Below the pieces are notes generated by a model. It was not told the origin of the DNA. It saw only the letters and a program-made list of their open reading frames with translations, and ran no database searches. Source: Negaprion brevirostris (lineage: Eukaryota). Taken from it: a stretch of DNA of 64,000 bases. The translations under genes and the position numbers were made by a program. Below are positions 12,611-25,584 of this stretch, one piece after another (position 1 is the first letter of the stretch; every line of letters starts with the position of its first letter). The stretch covers positions 21,826,989-21,890,988 of the forward strand of contig JARDVH010000110.1 of the NCBI GenBank assembly GCA_030324005.1. The letters run 5' to 3'.

Positions 12611-13280
12611 TTTGTGTCTGGAGCATCAGGCGATGTTAGATTCCTCATTAGGCTGTATGTTTGTGGGCCACAGACTGAGAGTACCATCTTTCATTTTTCC
12701 TCTGTTGTGATTTCATTTGCCGCAAAAAAACACAGCCTTTCAATGTACTGTCCCCGGTTCTCTACTTCTGGGCCAAACCGTTCAATCGTTCCAATTAAAG
12801 GCATTTTTGCATGCATATGTACCTTCCTTCTTCATAGTTTCAACACTCAACATTTCCCTCCCCTTTAGCTGCATATGGCGATCCCCAAATGTTTTTTTCT
12901 CATTGCCAATGTAATAACTTAGAATCATAGAATCTATGGCACGGAGACAGACCCTTCAGCCCAAACTGGTTCATGCCAACCAAAATGCCCAAGTAAGTTA
13001 ACCCCATTTGCCTGCATTTGGCACAGAAAACTCTCAGGATATCCATTGTGGCTTGAAGTTATAAAGGGTTTATTATCAATGATCAATGGATATATGCAAA
13101 CAAGGATCTGATAGAACCAAACACATGACTACTGTCCACTCCACTGTGGCTCTAACTGAGGATCCTGACACAGGATGTGTGCCCTTGTACCTGATTGGCT
13201 TGGGCTTCCTATTTTGCCTCTCCATATGATCCAGTCCAATCACATGGCTTCTCAGGTATCACCCCCTTAAAGGGGTCACA
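12611..13280 (-). mobile_element. Gypsy 5' LTR, PBS and gag N-terminus (LTR interrupted by CR1 tail 12920-13025)
   Basis: ATG at 12804: MPLIGTIERFGPEVENRGQYIERLCFFAANEI...VCGPQTYSLMRNLTSPDAPDTK; LTR end TTACA followed by PBS-like TTGGCAATGAG (12899-12909); minus-strand AATAAA at ~13068. Confidence 0.8.
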
Positions 13281-13395
13281 CCTCCCTATATCTCTCCACT
13301 TCTCTATGTCTCTCCTCTCTTTTTGTGATTAACTTTGTGCTTTGGGAAAGGCTAGTATCATTTCCTGTGAAGGTCCTTTTAAACCTGAAGTGAAA

Positions 13396-13520
13396 CATAG
13401 AATCCCATCGAGCCTGCACCAACAAAAATCTCACCCAAGCCCTATCCCCGTAACCCCGCATATTTACCCTGATAGTCCCCCGACCCTAAGAGGCAATTTA
13501 CCACGGTCAATCAACCGAAC
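13396..13520 (-). mobile_element. HE1 SINE 3' fragment, tail type A
   Basis: CCCAAGCCCTATCCCCGTAACCCCGCATATTTACCC matches the reverse of the HE1 tails at 47900 and 44220. Confidence 0.75.
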
Positions 13521-13989
13521 AGACAAAGTGTTCCTGACAGTGGTTAGAGACTTCTGAAAAGTTAAACTCTGGCTGAAGCTGCTTTGAGGATGGATGCTGA
13601 AAAATTGCTAATAAATATAATTGGGGTGGTGAATTATAGGCTGGGTTCTACAGCTGGGAGTAGGACACAGTTGCAGAAAACAAAGGCATTGGTCCAGCTA
13701 AAGGAGCCGGGAGAAGTTTTTGAAATAGGACACTGACTGTGATGCTGTGAGTGAAAGGTATCTGAATTGGGAAGTCTGAGTAGCTAGTATGAGACCAAAT
13801 AAAAAATGGATGAGAGAGCCAAGGTTTGCAAAGGCATGCTTTTTGAGGGCCTATAGAAAAGGAACTTTGGGCTTACATCCTGAATCTCCTCCTGAATTCC
13901 CGTTGCTTTGCATGAAAAACATTCTAATATCCAAGGAGAAGACTCCCACACCATTGCACACAAACATCAGTGGCAAAAATTAACTCAAC

Positions 13990-14915
13990 TGATGTCTGAG
14001 ATGTCATAGTTCAGCTAAGAATTACGATGTTGGAGCAAAACCCCAAATTACACAGACATATGGAACTTTTAAATATGACATCTGTTTTTAAAAATGGACA
14101 TCAAATCAAAAATGGCTGAGGATACAGATTCAGTCACTGTATGAATTGCTCCAGCATGGGTGATACTAAGAGAAAGTTGATAGAATATTACACCCCTTTT
14201 CTCAAACAGATATTTCAAAGGAAAAGCCATGCACACATGAGCTACAATCTCCTGTGGAGATAATGGAACCTGATTTTCCTCTCAGTAGAAAGCATATCGT
14301 GCAACTGATATCCCAGATCGGATAGTGGATTCTCACTTTACAAGAACACACAGGAGGCTGGGACAAAAAATCTGCAAAACTTGTTGTGTGCACTAGTGTT
14401 GGATGTGTCTGAGTCTGTAACATAGAAGCAAAGAAAAACAGCAGCAATCACTCATGAAAGAGTTTGCAAGCAACACTCTCTCTCTTACTGCTAAATCAAG
14501 CCAAGTCAACAAAGCCACAGATGAAAAGGAAGCAGGACAACTTCTCAACTTAGACTTAAGCATCCTGGAATCTCAAAACCAACCGTTCAACTGTTGAAGT
14601 CAGTGCTACTGGAATCATGAATCTCAAACGGTTGTAATGTTTCATCATCTGCTCATGGACAAGTTGTATTCTTTCATATTTTTGGACTTAATTTCTAACC
14701 TGTGTGTACGTGCATTTATAATTCTCCCTGCGTTTAGCAGCTAATAATTCTTTAATTCCAGAAAACCTGTTAAAAATTACTCCTATTAAAACATAAATAC
14801 ATTCGGACTGGGAAAGGCGAAGGGATCCTTTTTTGAAATAATTTTGTTGCAACAATTGCGGGGGTTGAATCAAGAAAGGGAGCCAGTTCGGCTATCCTCA
14901 CCTGAAGGCATAAAA
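13990..14915 (+). mobile_element. Probable long solo-LTR-like repeat
   Basis: Ends AGGGAGCCAGTTCGGCTATCCTCACCTGAAGGCATAA, resembling shark LTR ends recalled from memory; left boundary uncertain. Confidence 0.35.
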
Positions 14916-16919
14916 ATTTTGGGATATCCCACTCAGAACTTAACACATTGGGCTTGTGCCAAAATAGTTCCCACTGAGATGTTGGTGGGTAACAAATTTG
15001 GGGACCTCACCTGAAGATAGGTGGTAACACAAGGCTTCTGCTCCATTGCTTGAGGATGAAGTGAAGGACAGATGGATGATTCCCATGCTGCCACTACCTC
15101 TGCCTTTCATTGCATCAAGCCTCAGAAGTGTCCTCACCTTAGGAACTCCAATCTCAGATGCTACTTTAAAGATGTGGCCCCTCTTTGCCTCAGTTGTGTA
15201 CTTCCCCTTTAAATGTTGGACCCAATGCTTCTTGGTTCTGAATGTCCTGCCTGGATATCCCAGAGTATCAGCTCAACAAGTCTCCAGGATCAATCCAATG
15301 CCATGTGACTGAGTATTCTGGAATTCCAAAGGATTCTCACAGTGAACCAAAGAAGCCACATGTATGTTGGCATCTCTAACTGGGTGGGTTATTGAAGAGG
15401 AATGTGTGCGTTTCCTTAAATCAAAGAGGATGAAATTACATTGAATTAAAATTATATGTACGTGAGTAATTATGCATGATCAGTGAGCTTTCTGCCATTA
15501 AAGAGTGTGTCTCTGAGTCTTCACATGTGGTCTCCTACACAGCACACTGTGCCCACCTGCCGTTCCCATCTTACCCACTCCAGCGGGCTCCACAAAATCT
15601 AGCTTGAGTTGTTCAGCTGTGTGAGGTTAAGAGAAGATGTTAGCTGGAACGTTGACCTCCAACATGGTACCACCGGCATCAATTCAGCATTGCATACCAA
15701 CTGAGAAAGTCTGGATTTAGCGGACAACTTTGTATCACCATACTCTTGGCCTTTGACAACATCTGTCTGCTCTACATGCCTCCAGTAGATGCTTACTGCA
15801 CATACCTTGATACCACCTGCAATATGGCATCCAGCATGATTCACTCCACAAGTGTACACCGTGCATGGTGGATGCCAATTTGTGTACTAGTAGCACCCAA
15901 AAGAATTGGCACAAAAAAAAATCCCTTTTTTAACAATAGACTGCTGCAGCTGGCTGTTTTGAATAAATTTTGTTACTTCTTTATTAATCATTTCAAGAGT
16001 TTTCTGATGCAATTCTCTGAAAGATTGAGTGACAGAAGGAAAATGAACCTGAGGAGAAGGTTGCAAAAGATATTTATGCACCCGATGCTGTAAAAGCAAT
16101 ATCATTTATGAGCGCTGACATAAGATAATTCGTAGCTAATCACTTGAGGTCCCATAAACATATCGTGAATTATTTTGTTAATTTATTATCAATTCTGATT
16201 TGTGGGTGGGTGCCAAACTTGTTCTGACTTTAAAAAGTCAGGAATGTTGTCCAAAGTGTCTTCTCAGCCAAGTCTAAAGCCATTACTTCTATGGCATCGT
16301 TTTGGATTTCCAATATAGTTCAATACCTTAATCTCTCTGAGTCACAGCTGTGGGAATAAAAATGCAATCAAAACCCTTTAGTAGTTATCGCCAAAAAGAG
16401 GACAGGCTGGGAATGTCCCTCCATAGAACTGTATTTTAACTGAAGCTGACCAGAAGTAGCAGATTCTATATCTCCTAATGACACTTGGCTTTTGTTCAGT
16501 TCTAAAATTTTGGAATGTTATTTTGGCCATGGGAAACAGGCACTATACAGATGCTGGGCAAATAAGAATAGCCTATCTGAAAGTTTGGATTTAGCAGACA
16601 ACTTTGTATCACCGTACTCTTGGCCTTTGACAAGACTAGATCCCTCTCAATCCAGGTTTTTCTGAATAGCTGAATACGGCAGAGTTTCTTTCAGATGCAG
16701 CAGCAGCACNNNNNNNNNNCTATTTCTGGTGGAACACATGGTGATGGTACAGTCTGTGGCAGAGGGAGGCAGCTTTAATGTGCGTCCACATTAAATATTT
16801 GCATCCTTGGCTGATGCTGGAAAGAGTAACTGTATGCAGCAAGCAATAGAACCTGTCTCTGCATCCTTGCAGAGGCAATTGGTGGCACTGCCTTTTCCTC
16901 TCGGAATAAACTCACCGAC

Positions 16920-17830
16920 TTGTAATCTGATACTATGGTGAAATGTCTACCATATATATATGAAATGAAACTTCTTCACATAAATTACTGCCAGATTTTC
17001 TTTATCTGTCTGACAACACATGTTTGCAGCATCGGATACGTTTATTGATGCAAATGCAATTGGCCTTCCCAGTCCATCTGACATCCTGTGGGACAAGACT
17101 GCTCCCACTCCATATGGTGATACATCACAGGTAGCTACCAGTGGTTTGGCTGAATCAAAATATACAAGCAGTGCTGACAGCTGTAAGGCTTGCTTTACTT
17201 TTACAAATGCCTCTTTTGGTGCTTCTCCCCATTTCCATCATTGATGCTTCTTCAGAGCCTGAAGTTGGGCTAAAGTTGTAAGAATGTTTTATAAGTATCT
17301 GCCATAATAATTCACTATTCCAAGGAATGATTTTAGCTCCAGTATATTTTTAGTCTGTGGCTTTAACTTTATCCTCCAGAGAATGTAGATCTTTAGTGTC
17401 TACCCTGAATCACAGGTATGTAACTTCATCCACCTGGAAAGTGCAGCTCTCTTGTTTCAAGCAGAAGGACCCAGACTCATCACATGACCCTTAAAAGGGC
17501 CATGTTACCACAGACTTCGTGTAACAAAAATTTTGTTTGAGTACAACCGTGCAGTTTGTGGCTTTGTTCTCCTTGTGCGTAACTAGGATTTCAAACTTTG
17601 TCCACTTTGAATGAAAAGCTACTGGTCCCTTTCCAGATTGCAACAATTGTTTTCAATATTTTATCTCCAATGAAAATAGATGAAGCTCCTGGTCTTTATT
17701 TTGAAGTCCAGTACAAATCTTTTCATTATTATTTTTCCCTTCTCTCATGTAGATTACAGCTCACGCAGCACTATAGTTGCACAAATCCTTCACCACTTCA
17801 GCCAAGTAGATGATGCTGATGAGTATGCAA
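16920..17830 (-). mobile_element. Gypsy pol remnant (RT C-terminus and RNase H)
   Basis: FLGIVNYYGRYL...WKWGEAPKEAFVKVKQAL...LVYFDSAKPLVATCDVSPYGVGAVLSHRMSDGLGRPIAFAS. Confidence 0.88.
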
Positions 17831-17874
17831 TTTCCAGCAGATGTGGTGTTCAGGATAGGGGATCAAAGCTCATG

Positions 17875-17975
17875 TAAGAACAGAAAGTGCTGGAAAAATT
17901 CAGCAGATCTGGCAGCATATGTGGAAAGAGAAACAGAGTTAACGTTTCAAGTATATATGATTCTTCTTCAGAGCT
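17875..17975 (-). mobile_element. Penelope terminal fragment with decayed hammerhead-like core
   Basis: Minus strand CTGAAGA-N16-GAAACGTTAACTC. Confidence 0.7.
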
Positions 17976-18180
17976 CTTCTTTAGAATCCCCTTGGTTATT
18001 GTATGGCTCTGTTCCACATTATGCAGTCAATTTAACCATTGAGGTCTATAACCTGGCTTGGAATCATTCTATTTCTTTTCTGTGAGTTCTCCCCAACGCA
18101 TCTTTGAAATTTCGTTGTTACTTTGAAAATTGTAAGCCCTAAGCTGCAAACAGTATCTCAAAAATGATCTTACCAATGTT

Positions 18181-18455
18181 TAAAGTTTATTTATTTATTA
18201 CTACCACAAGTAGGCTTACATTAATACTTCAATGAAATCATTGTGAAAATCTCCTAGTTGCCACACTCTGGCGCCTGTTTGGGTACACTGAAGAAGAATT
18301 TAGCTTGGCTGATGCACCTAACCAGCACATCTTTTGGACTATGGGAGGAAACCGGAACACCCGGAGAAAATCCACGCAGATACGCAGAGAACGTGCAGAC
18401 TCAGCACAGAAAGTGACCCAAGCCAGGAATTGAACTTGGATCCCTAGTGCTGTGA
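18181..18455 (-). mobile_element. HE1/V-SINE, tail type B
   Basis: B-box, V-domain, and tail ending AATAAATAAACTTTA on the minus strand. Confidence 0.88.
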
Positions 18456-18949
18456 CAAATCAGTGATGATGATCAATATTATCAAATTCAGTTTGATTGT
18501 TCGGTGTTTCATTGTGTGCCTATTAACTGTGATCTTAGTCAAGCCTGTGTCTGGTTCCAGGGGAACAGAAACTGAAAGCAAGCTTGAAGCTTGATTGTGC
18601 TGCAGACATTTAAAAAGTGTAAATAAAACTCTTGTTCAGGTATCAGGCGGAATTGTCCCTCCTCTGATCGTATTGCAGTGGTGCGTGTTGCGATGGTGCC
18701 ATTCCCACTGGCTTGAATAGCATGAATATGTACCCCATTCCACACTTGGAGCCTAATTAATTATGCATGAGTGGTTAGCTCTCCACCTTGTGAGTCAGGA
18801 GCAGATTTGTCTGCCCACTGTCAGTTAGCAGGTTCAAAGGTCCCGGTGCTGTATTTAAATACCAGTGCAATATACTCATGTCACTCTCTCCAGTGTGCAT
18901 GTGGTCAAGGGACTGCCTAGGATGTCATCCATCTACAAGCAAAAGGCCA

Positions 18950-19200
18950 TCTTGCTCAAGAAGAAGTCAGAATACTGATTCAGCCATCAGTCCTTTGCTG
19001 TCTTAATCCAAGGAATCCAGCCACTGGCAGCATGTCTTCTGCGCCAGGGATGGCTCCAAGAGCACCTGAACATCATTTCTCAGGCCTAGGATGCAGTCAC
19101 ATTGAAGATCAGCAAGGCTGGTAACTGCACCAGAAGCACAACCCAGTGCAGGAAGCAGATAAATGAACTCTTCTACCAGGGTAAGTCTTTCTTCCACTCC
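18950..19200 (+). mobile_element. Harbinger Myb/SANT ORF remnant
   Basis: RSTTQCRKQINEL followed by a GGTAAG donor-like site; matches trihelix RT..QCRKK.NDL. Confidence 0.55.
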
Positions 19201-19549
19201 CTCCAATATCAAACTCTCATTGTGGCATCACGTACTCCAATGGCTATTTTCCTGATGGATCTCGCACATCCATTGGCAAGGATCATATATTAACACTCAT
19301 TCCTTTGTGGAGACTTGCACTTCACTCCAATATCATCTGTCATATTGCTCATGTTCCATCCTTTGCGCCTTCTGGGGAGGACTCACCACACATGCACACA
19401 CACCCCCTGGTGAGGACAAGATTCTCGCCATGACTGAATTCAAGGAGGTTGCAGCAGAATTTGCTGGGGAGTACACGCTTGTCCCTGTGAGAAAGGGGAG
19501 ATTAGTTTATCTCAACAATCTAGCATGGATTTCAACTCCATCACTTAAG

Positions 19550-20225
19550 ATCATAAGACATAGGAACAGAAGTAGGCTATTTGCCCATCAATTCTGCCCT
19601 ACCATTCAATGAGGTGACTGGTCTGTTATGGTAATCAACTCTCGTCTTATCCCCATATCCTTTGATTCCCTTGTCGATTGAAAGCCTGTCTATCTCAGTC
19701 TTGAACATACTTAACAACCAACTTCCGTAGACTGCTGTGGTAAAGATTTCCATACATTTACTATCCTCTGAGAGAAGAAATTCCTCCTCATCTCTGTCTT
19801 AAGTGGGCAACTACTTACTCTGAGATTATGCCATCTGCTCCTAGATTCTCCTACAAGGGGAAACATACTCTCAGCATCTATCCTAACAAGCCCCCTGAGA
19901 ATCCTACATGTCTCAATAAAGGCATCTTTCATTCTTCTAAATTCCAATGAGTACGGGCCCAACCTACTCAACTTCTCACAAGAAAATCCTTCCATACCAA
20001 GGATCAATCTTGTGAACCTTCTCTAGACTGCCTCCAATGCGAGATCCTTAGATAAGGGGGACAAAATCGTTCACTGTGTTCCAGGTGTGGTCTAAATGGT
20101 ACCTTGTGCATAGTTTTAGCAAGACTTCTCTAATTCAATACTCCATTCTCTTTGGAATAAAAGGCAACATTGCATTTGCTCCCCTATTACCGGCTGAACT
20201 TGCATGCCAATTTTTTATGATTTAT
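19550..20225 (-). mobile_element. CR1 3' portion
   Basis: ORF 19711-20007: LGPYSLEFRRMK...MFPLVGESRSRWHNLRV...EMRRNFFSQRIVNVWKSLPQ. Confidence 0.9.
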
Positions 20226-21077
20226 GTCCTTGAGGTGCCTAATAGTATTCCTTGATTGGCCTAATGGATGATAAATTTATGTTGCCTGGATATTTTCATT
20301 TCCATTCTTATCTTTGTATTAACAGGTTTTGTTTTACAAATTAAAATAATGCACCAACTGCTCTTCTGAAGCGGAGCGGGGGAATATTCTTCCAGAATAC
20401 TGCTGACATTTGTTCTTTAACCATGATCAGCGAAACAAATTTTCTGTTTGTTATCTCACTTCAGTTTGTGGCACCTGATTTGGTTGTAAAAAGTGCTATA
20501 ATAACATCTAGTCCTATTTTTTCCTCCTTCACAAATAAAGGAAATCTGAATAATTCCTATAGCACCTCTAGTGATTCAATTGATAAGCTTGCACTTGGAC
20601 TTCAGTTAAATATTTCAGCGCCTAGGCTCAAACGTTTTGTTTACAGCAAAGTATGATATATCATTTAAAAGAAAATCAATTTTTCATTTAACTTTAATAG
20701 AGCTATAATAAAGCAGACAGTTCTCTTTTATTCTATGTAAAGCAGCTTTCATGTTTTCTTAGAAGGAATTTTAATCATGTTAAAAATTCCAAGTTAGAGG
20801 GATTTATGGCCCCCAAAACATTTTATCGTTACTTTGTCCCAAAGCCGGATTAAGTTCTGTTCCGTGAGCTTTGCAGGGTTGAAAAAAAATCAATTGATAC
20901 CTTATTGTTAAACTTTACCAGATTAAAGTTAACTGTTTAAAGTTGCAGTAAGGAGGCTTCCCTGACCTATTAAATAGAGAAATGAGGCAAGGAAGAAGGT
21001 CATAATGTCAGCATTTATTTATATTTTTGGAATATTTATAATCCTGTGACTCATGACTTCTACATGTAATTGTAGGG

Positions 21078-21485
21078 AAGACAGTGGCATTGTGATAATG
21101 CCACTAGACTAGGAATCCAGATGCCCAGGCTTGTGTTCTTAGGGATATGGGTTCAAATCTTGCCACAGGTGAAATTTGAATGCAATTCATAGGTCTGGAA
21201 TATAAAACCAGACTCAGTAATGGTGACTATTAAACTACCATCAATTGTTGTTTAAAAAAGAACATCTAGTTCATTAATACCCTTTAGGGAAGGAAATCTG
21301 CTGTCCTGACTTGGTTTAGCCTACAATTGATTCCAGACCCAAAGTAATGTGATTGGCTCTTAACTGCTGTCCGAAGTAGCCTCAGTTCAAGGACAATGGC
21401 CTCAGTTCAAGGGCAGTTAGGGTTGGGCAACAAATGTTGACTTTGCCAGTAATGCCCACATCCCATGAAAGAATAAAGAAAAAAA
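21078..21485 (+). mobile_element. Full-length tRNA-derived SINE (second family)
   Basis: A-box-like TGGCATTGTGAT, B-box GGTTCAAATC, core TTTAGGGAAGGAAATCTGC, LINE-like tail and A-rich end. Confidence 0.85.
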
Positions 21486-21693
21486 GCCAGGACAAGTTAA
21501 TCAATAAAATGAGTGACAAATTGTCTGGAATCAAAGTATTCTCAGTCTCTGCACTTGAATAAATTATAAAAATGAGACAGTGTGGAATAATAAGTTGAAA
21601 TTATGCCTTACATACCTGCACTTAATTACATAGATTACTTTCTTAGTTGCTATGGGAAGTCTCTGAAGTGAAATTTTCTGTACCATCCACAGA

Positions 21694-21740
21694 TTGTGAG
21701 GTACAAATGATGCAGTAGCTGCATCATTTGTACCTCACAA
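21694..21740. repeat. Perfect 22-bp inverted repeat with 3-nt loop
   Basis: TTGTGAGGTACAAATGATGCAG-TAG-CTGCATCATTTGTACCTCACAA. Confidence 0.97.
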
Positions 21741-23559
21741 AGCCTCTGAATGCACTCATATTTTCCATGGATTTTAATGTTCAGTTGGGCAATCAAAGTC
21801 AAACCAACATGAATAAAATGGTTCCATCTGAAATGTTAACTGAAGAGGGAAATTACTAACCAGCTAATAAGGTTTTAGACAGAATACATAAGGCACTGAC
21901 AGCACTACCAATAAAGAGTTAATTGATTCTTGAAACAAAGTTAATAAGCTAATGAAACAAATAGTTTACACATATATGGATGCAGGAATAGAATTAAACA
22001 AGTAATTATGATTTTAAAACATATATATTGATATTTTAAATGTATTTTAGGTATTATATGAATCATTGTTCACTTTAGCCAAAAGCTGCTTGCCGAAAGG
22101 GATAATGGGAAAGGTGAAGAATTCAGAGTCGAATGCCTTGGAGCCCCATAGTTAGTGAAATTCATATCAGTAAGTTTCTTATGAGGGAACATAGCTTGTA
22201 ATACTATGAATCGGTCCATTCATTGTCTAGACTTATTTTAGGGACGTGCCTGGACGTAGGAACACACATCTATTCAGGTTGGCAATGATTCAATGGGAAC
22301 GTCCACTTTGACCCCTGTAGCAAGCATTGAGGGTAACCAAACAACCAGGAAGTGATTTTTAGCCAAGATAGGAGTTAGCACCTGGATTAAATGGATGAAT
22401 AAGATATTCTGCTGGATGGTTAATGTAATTGGCTGAGGTGTATATCAGGAATTATTATTGTTGTATGTTCACTGAATGTAATTGATTTTAAACTAATGTA
22501 AGGCAGGAATAATTGATAAGAAAATCTATAATTGGTCTGTTTTTGATTGTACACATTAGATTTATTGGAGAGATTCTGTTGCTCTATTCCTTTTGGTGAT
22601 CTCTGAGCCGCTGCTTGTTGTATTTTTGTTTTGAACGCATGTTACATCTTTAAATAGAGATATCTACCTCATGATTTTTGTATTGTCTATAGTTAAAGAG
22701 CGTACCAGCCATCTCAGTTTACCCCAAAACATTAACATTTCTAGAATTCAATTTCATTCTGGCGAATAAGCGGTCAGCAGTAACTTGGTTACAGTATTTA
22801 ATTGCTCTGATTTTTAATTCATTGCTCCCTCTCATCACTTCCATTAAAATATTTCCTTGATTTAAGAATATTTTCACATAGCCTCTCTATTCATATATCA
22901 TTGAATTATCAATTAGTTACTTTGTGTTTAATGCTTATCTATTGAAATCCATTGTCATCTAATCAACCTGTAATTCATTCAGACATGAACCTGTCATGGG
23001 GGTCTCTTTGCAGGCATAAAAGTAAGTATAACCCCCAGGAAAAAGGGATGTGGCCAGGCCGTAGCTTGACACTGCCCCTTGGCACAGGTTGGCCCCTGCC
23101 AACCTGACAGTGCTACCTCTGCCAAAGGGGGATCCCAGTGGGAGCCTCATGAGCAATGTGGGGGATCTTCACTTAGACTGGGTTGTGGGCCAAGAGTGGA
23201 CGGAGCAACAGGGGATACCGGTGACATCCATTGAGGGAAGAGGGTGTGCAGGCGAATGATGGCTCTGACTTTATATGGGGAGGAGCCAATGTTTGGGAGG
23301 TGGGGTGCAAGAAGTGCAAACTCTGATAGGGATTGGGAAGGGAAGCTCCTGAAACCTCCATGGCANNNNNNNNNNNNNNNNNNNNNNNNNNNNNNNNNNN
23401 NNNNNNNNNNNNNNNNNNNNNNNNNNNNNNNNNNNNNNNNNNNNNNNNNNNNNNNNNNNNNNNNNNNNNNNNNNNNNNNNNNNGTGGTGAGATCAGGAGA
23501 AAAAATCGACCTGTTTCTGAAACATTCTGGTTTTCTAACTGGAAACAACGCTGTTATTT

Positions 23560-24030
23560 TTTGGTAAGGTAAAATCAATGAAGTCAGAGGTCACTTCTAG
23601 GAGTAGTTTCTACATCCCCATACAGTAGTTACACTATAAAGCAAAACATATAGGAAGCAATAAAGGGTGTGCAAAAAAGGCACTACAATAACCATGGTGA
23701 TTTTAATCTACATGTAGATTAGGCAAATAAAATTGGCAAAAGTATCCTTAAAAATAAGTTCATAGAGTGTATTCAGGATAATTTCTTGAGCAGGATGTTC
23801 TACAGCCAGACAGTAGGCTGTCCTGGTAACTTGCAACGAGTGAGGAAAAATCAATAATTTCATGATTAAGGAGCCTGTAGGTAACAGTAATCACAATAGG
23901 ATGGAAATTTATGTTCTATTTGAAATGGACATATGTGGGTCCGTGATGAGTCTTTTAAATCTAAATAAAGATAACTATGATGGTATGAAGGCAGAGGTAA
24001 GCTGGAAAACTAGCTTAAAATATAGGTGGT
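23560..24030 (+). mobile_element. Decayed CR1 endonuclease region
   Basis: GDFNLH at ~23696, FIECIQDNFL, KEPVGNSNHNRMEI. Confidence 0.7.
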
Positions 24031-24339
24031 CGGTGGAGGAATTGGGGCAGTGAGGTGGTGATTGACAACCAACCCACTCCCAGAAAATGAGTTGGCAATA
24101 ATGAGACTTGGTGCCTCTTAATCAACATTTTAAATTTAACCCTGAGTGGCCACATTTTCTGGTCCTCAGGAAACCCAACAGCTAAAGGGAGGTGAGAAAA
24201 GGTGGATCCAGAACGTACGTTCCTTTCTACTTACCTATGACTCTTCCTTTCTTCTACATGAGGTTTTTGATTGTCCCACTGATCCACATTAAATCTGCCC
24301 TGAATTCAGCCACCAATTTGCATTCTGACCTCGATCTCT

Positions 24340-24592
24340 CTCTATATAAGGGTAGGCACATATAGGGTTTGTGGGAATGGGTGGAGTACTGTCCAAGAAC
24401 ACATGACATGCACGTGGAAGTCAGTCCAGTGTTAGACAGAGCCATTCCCACCAGCAAGCATGGAGACAGCTCCTAGTTTCAACCCTTTTGTATGTTCATT
24501 GTTCTTGTACTTAATAAATATGTAAAGTTAACCTTCTTAAGACTATGAAAACTTGATTAAGATCTACTGATTGGTGTCCAACACCATACAAC
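24340..24592 (+). mobile_element. Possible short solo LTR
   Basis: AATAAA at ~24514 and terminal ...TACAACA; 5' end unclear. Confidence 0.35.
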
Positions 24593-25584
24593 AATCTCTT
24601 GCATCATCCAACCTCTGAACATGCATCAGGTTTCTAATCTCACCACTTCTCCAGGCCCCAATCTTCCCTCTGATCTCTGATCATCCCAATTCACCAGCGT
24701 CCTCACACTGTTCTCTTATTTGATCTCTCTTTCCCTCCTCTCCACTCCCTGGCCAACCTGACAATGTGGCTGACAATGGCCAGGAAACGGACCTAAAACA
24801 TACAAATTGGGCCCTATGGGATCTGTTGGAAACCCATTTTCCACTCTGTGAATAGAATATTCAAGCCTGAGAAATTGACTGCCTGCCCATATATTTTAAA
24901 ACAATGCCATGATACCTGACAAGCTGCTATGAATGTGTTGCTGGTGTTTATATTAAATTACAACAAGTATTGAGTTCTGAAGCAAATTAATAACCTAGAG
25001 TCTATAAGCTCTTTAATTGCAAATTCTTTTCAGCAGCTGAAGGCTGAAATTGAATAATTAAATGTTTTCCTGAGTATTAATGTAAACGTTACAAAGGAAA
25101 TGTGAACAGTTTCATTCAAAGGTGTACCATGGAGAATTGAATGGTAAAGCCTAGTGATTTTGGGAGTATTGGTATATCGATAGGAAAACTTCAACTATCA
25201 CGCTTGATCGTTGATTATCATGTAGGGGACAGTCTGATTGTCTAAGAGTTAAAGCACTCCCATGCTGATGTTGGATTCTCAGAACTTTGGTAAATATTAA
25301 AACTTAAATTATCAAGTCAGGAGAAATTGATTCACTGTGCCAACTGGTTTTGGGACTTTACAGCTGAATCAATGTGGGGTTGAAAGAATACTCATGCTAA
25401 AACAATAACATTCATAGATCTTTACAGCATAGAAGGAGGCCATTTGGCTCATTGTCTACACCAGTCAACAAAAATCTGACTGCAAGCATCCCATATTCCT
25501 GAATTTAGCCCATAGCCCTGAAGGTTATGGCAATATCTAAATACTTCCTAAATGTTACGATAATAGCGTGACATACTTCAGATG

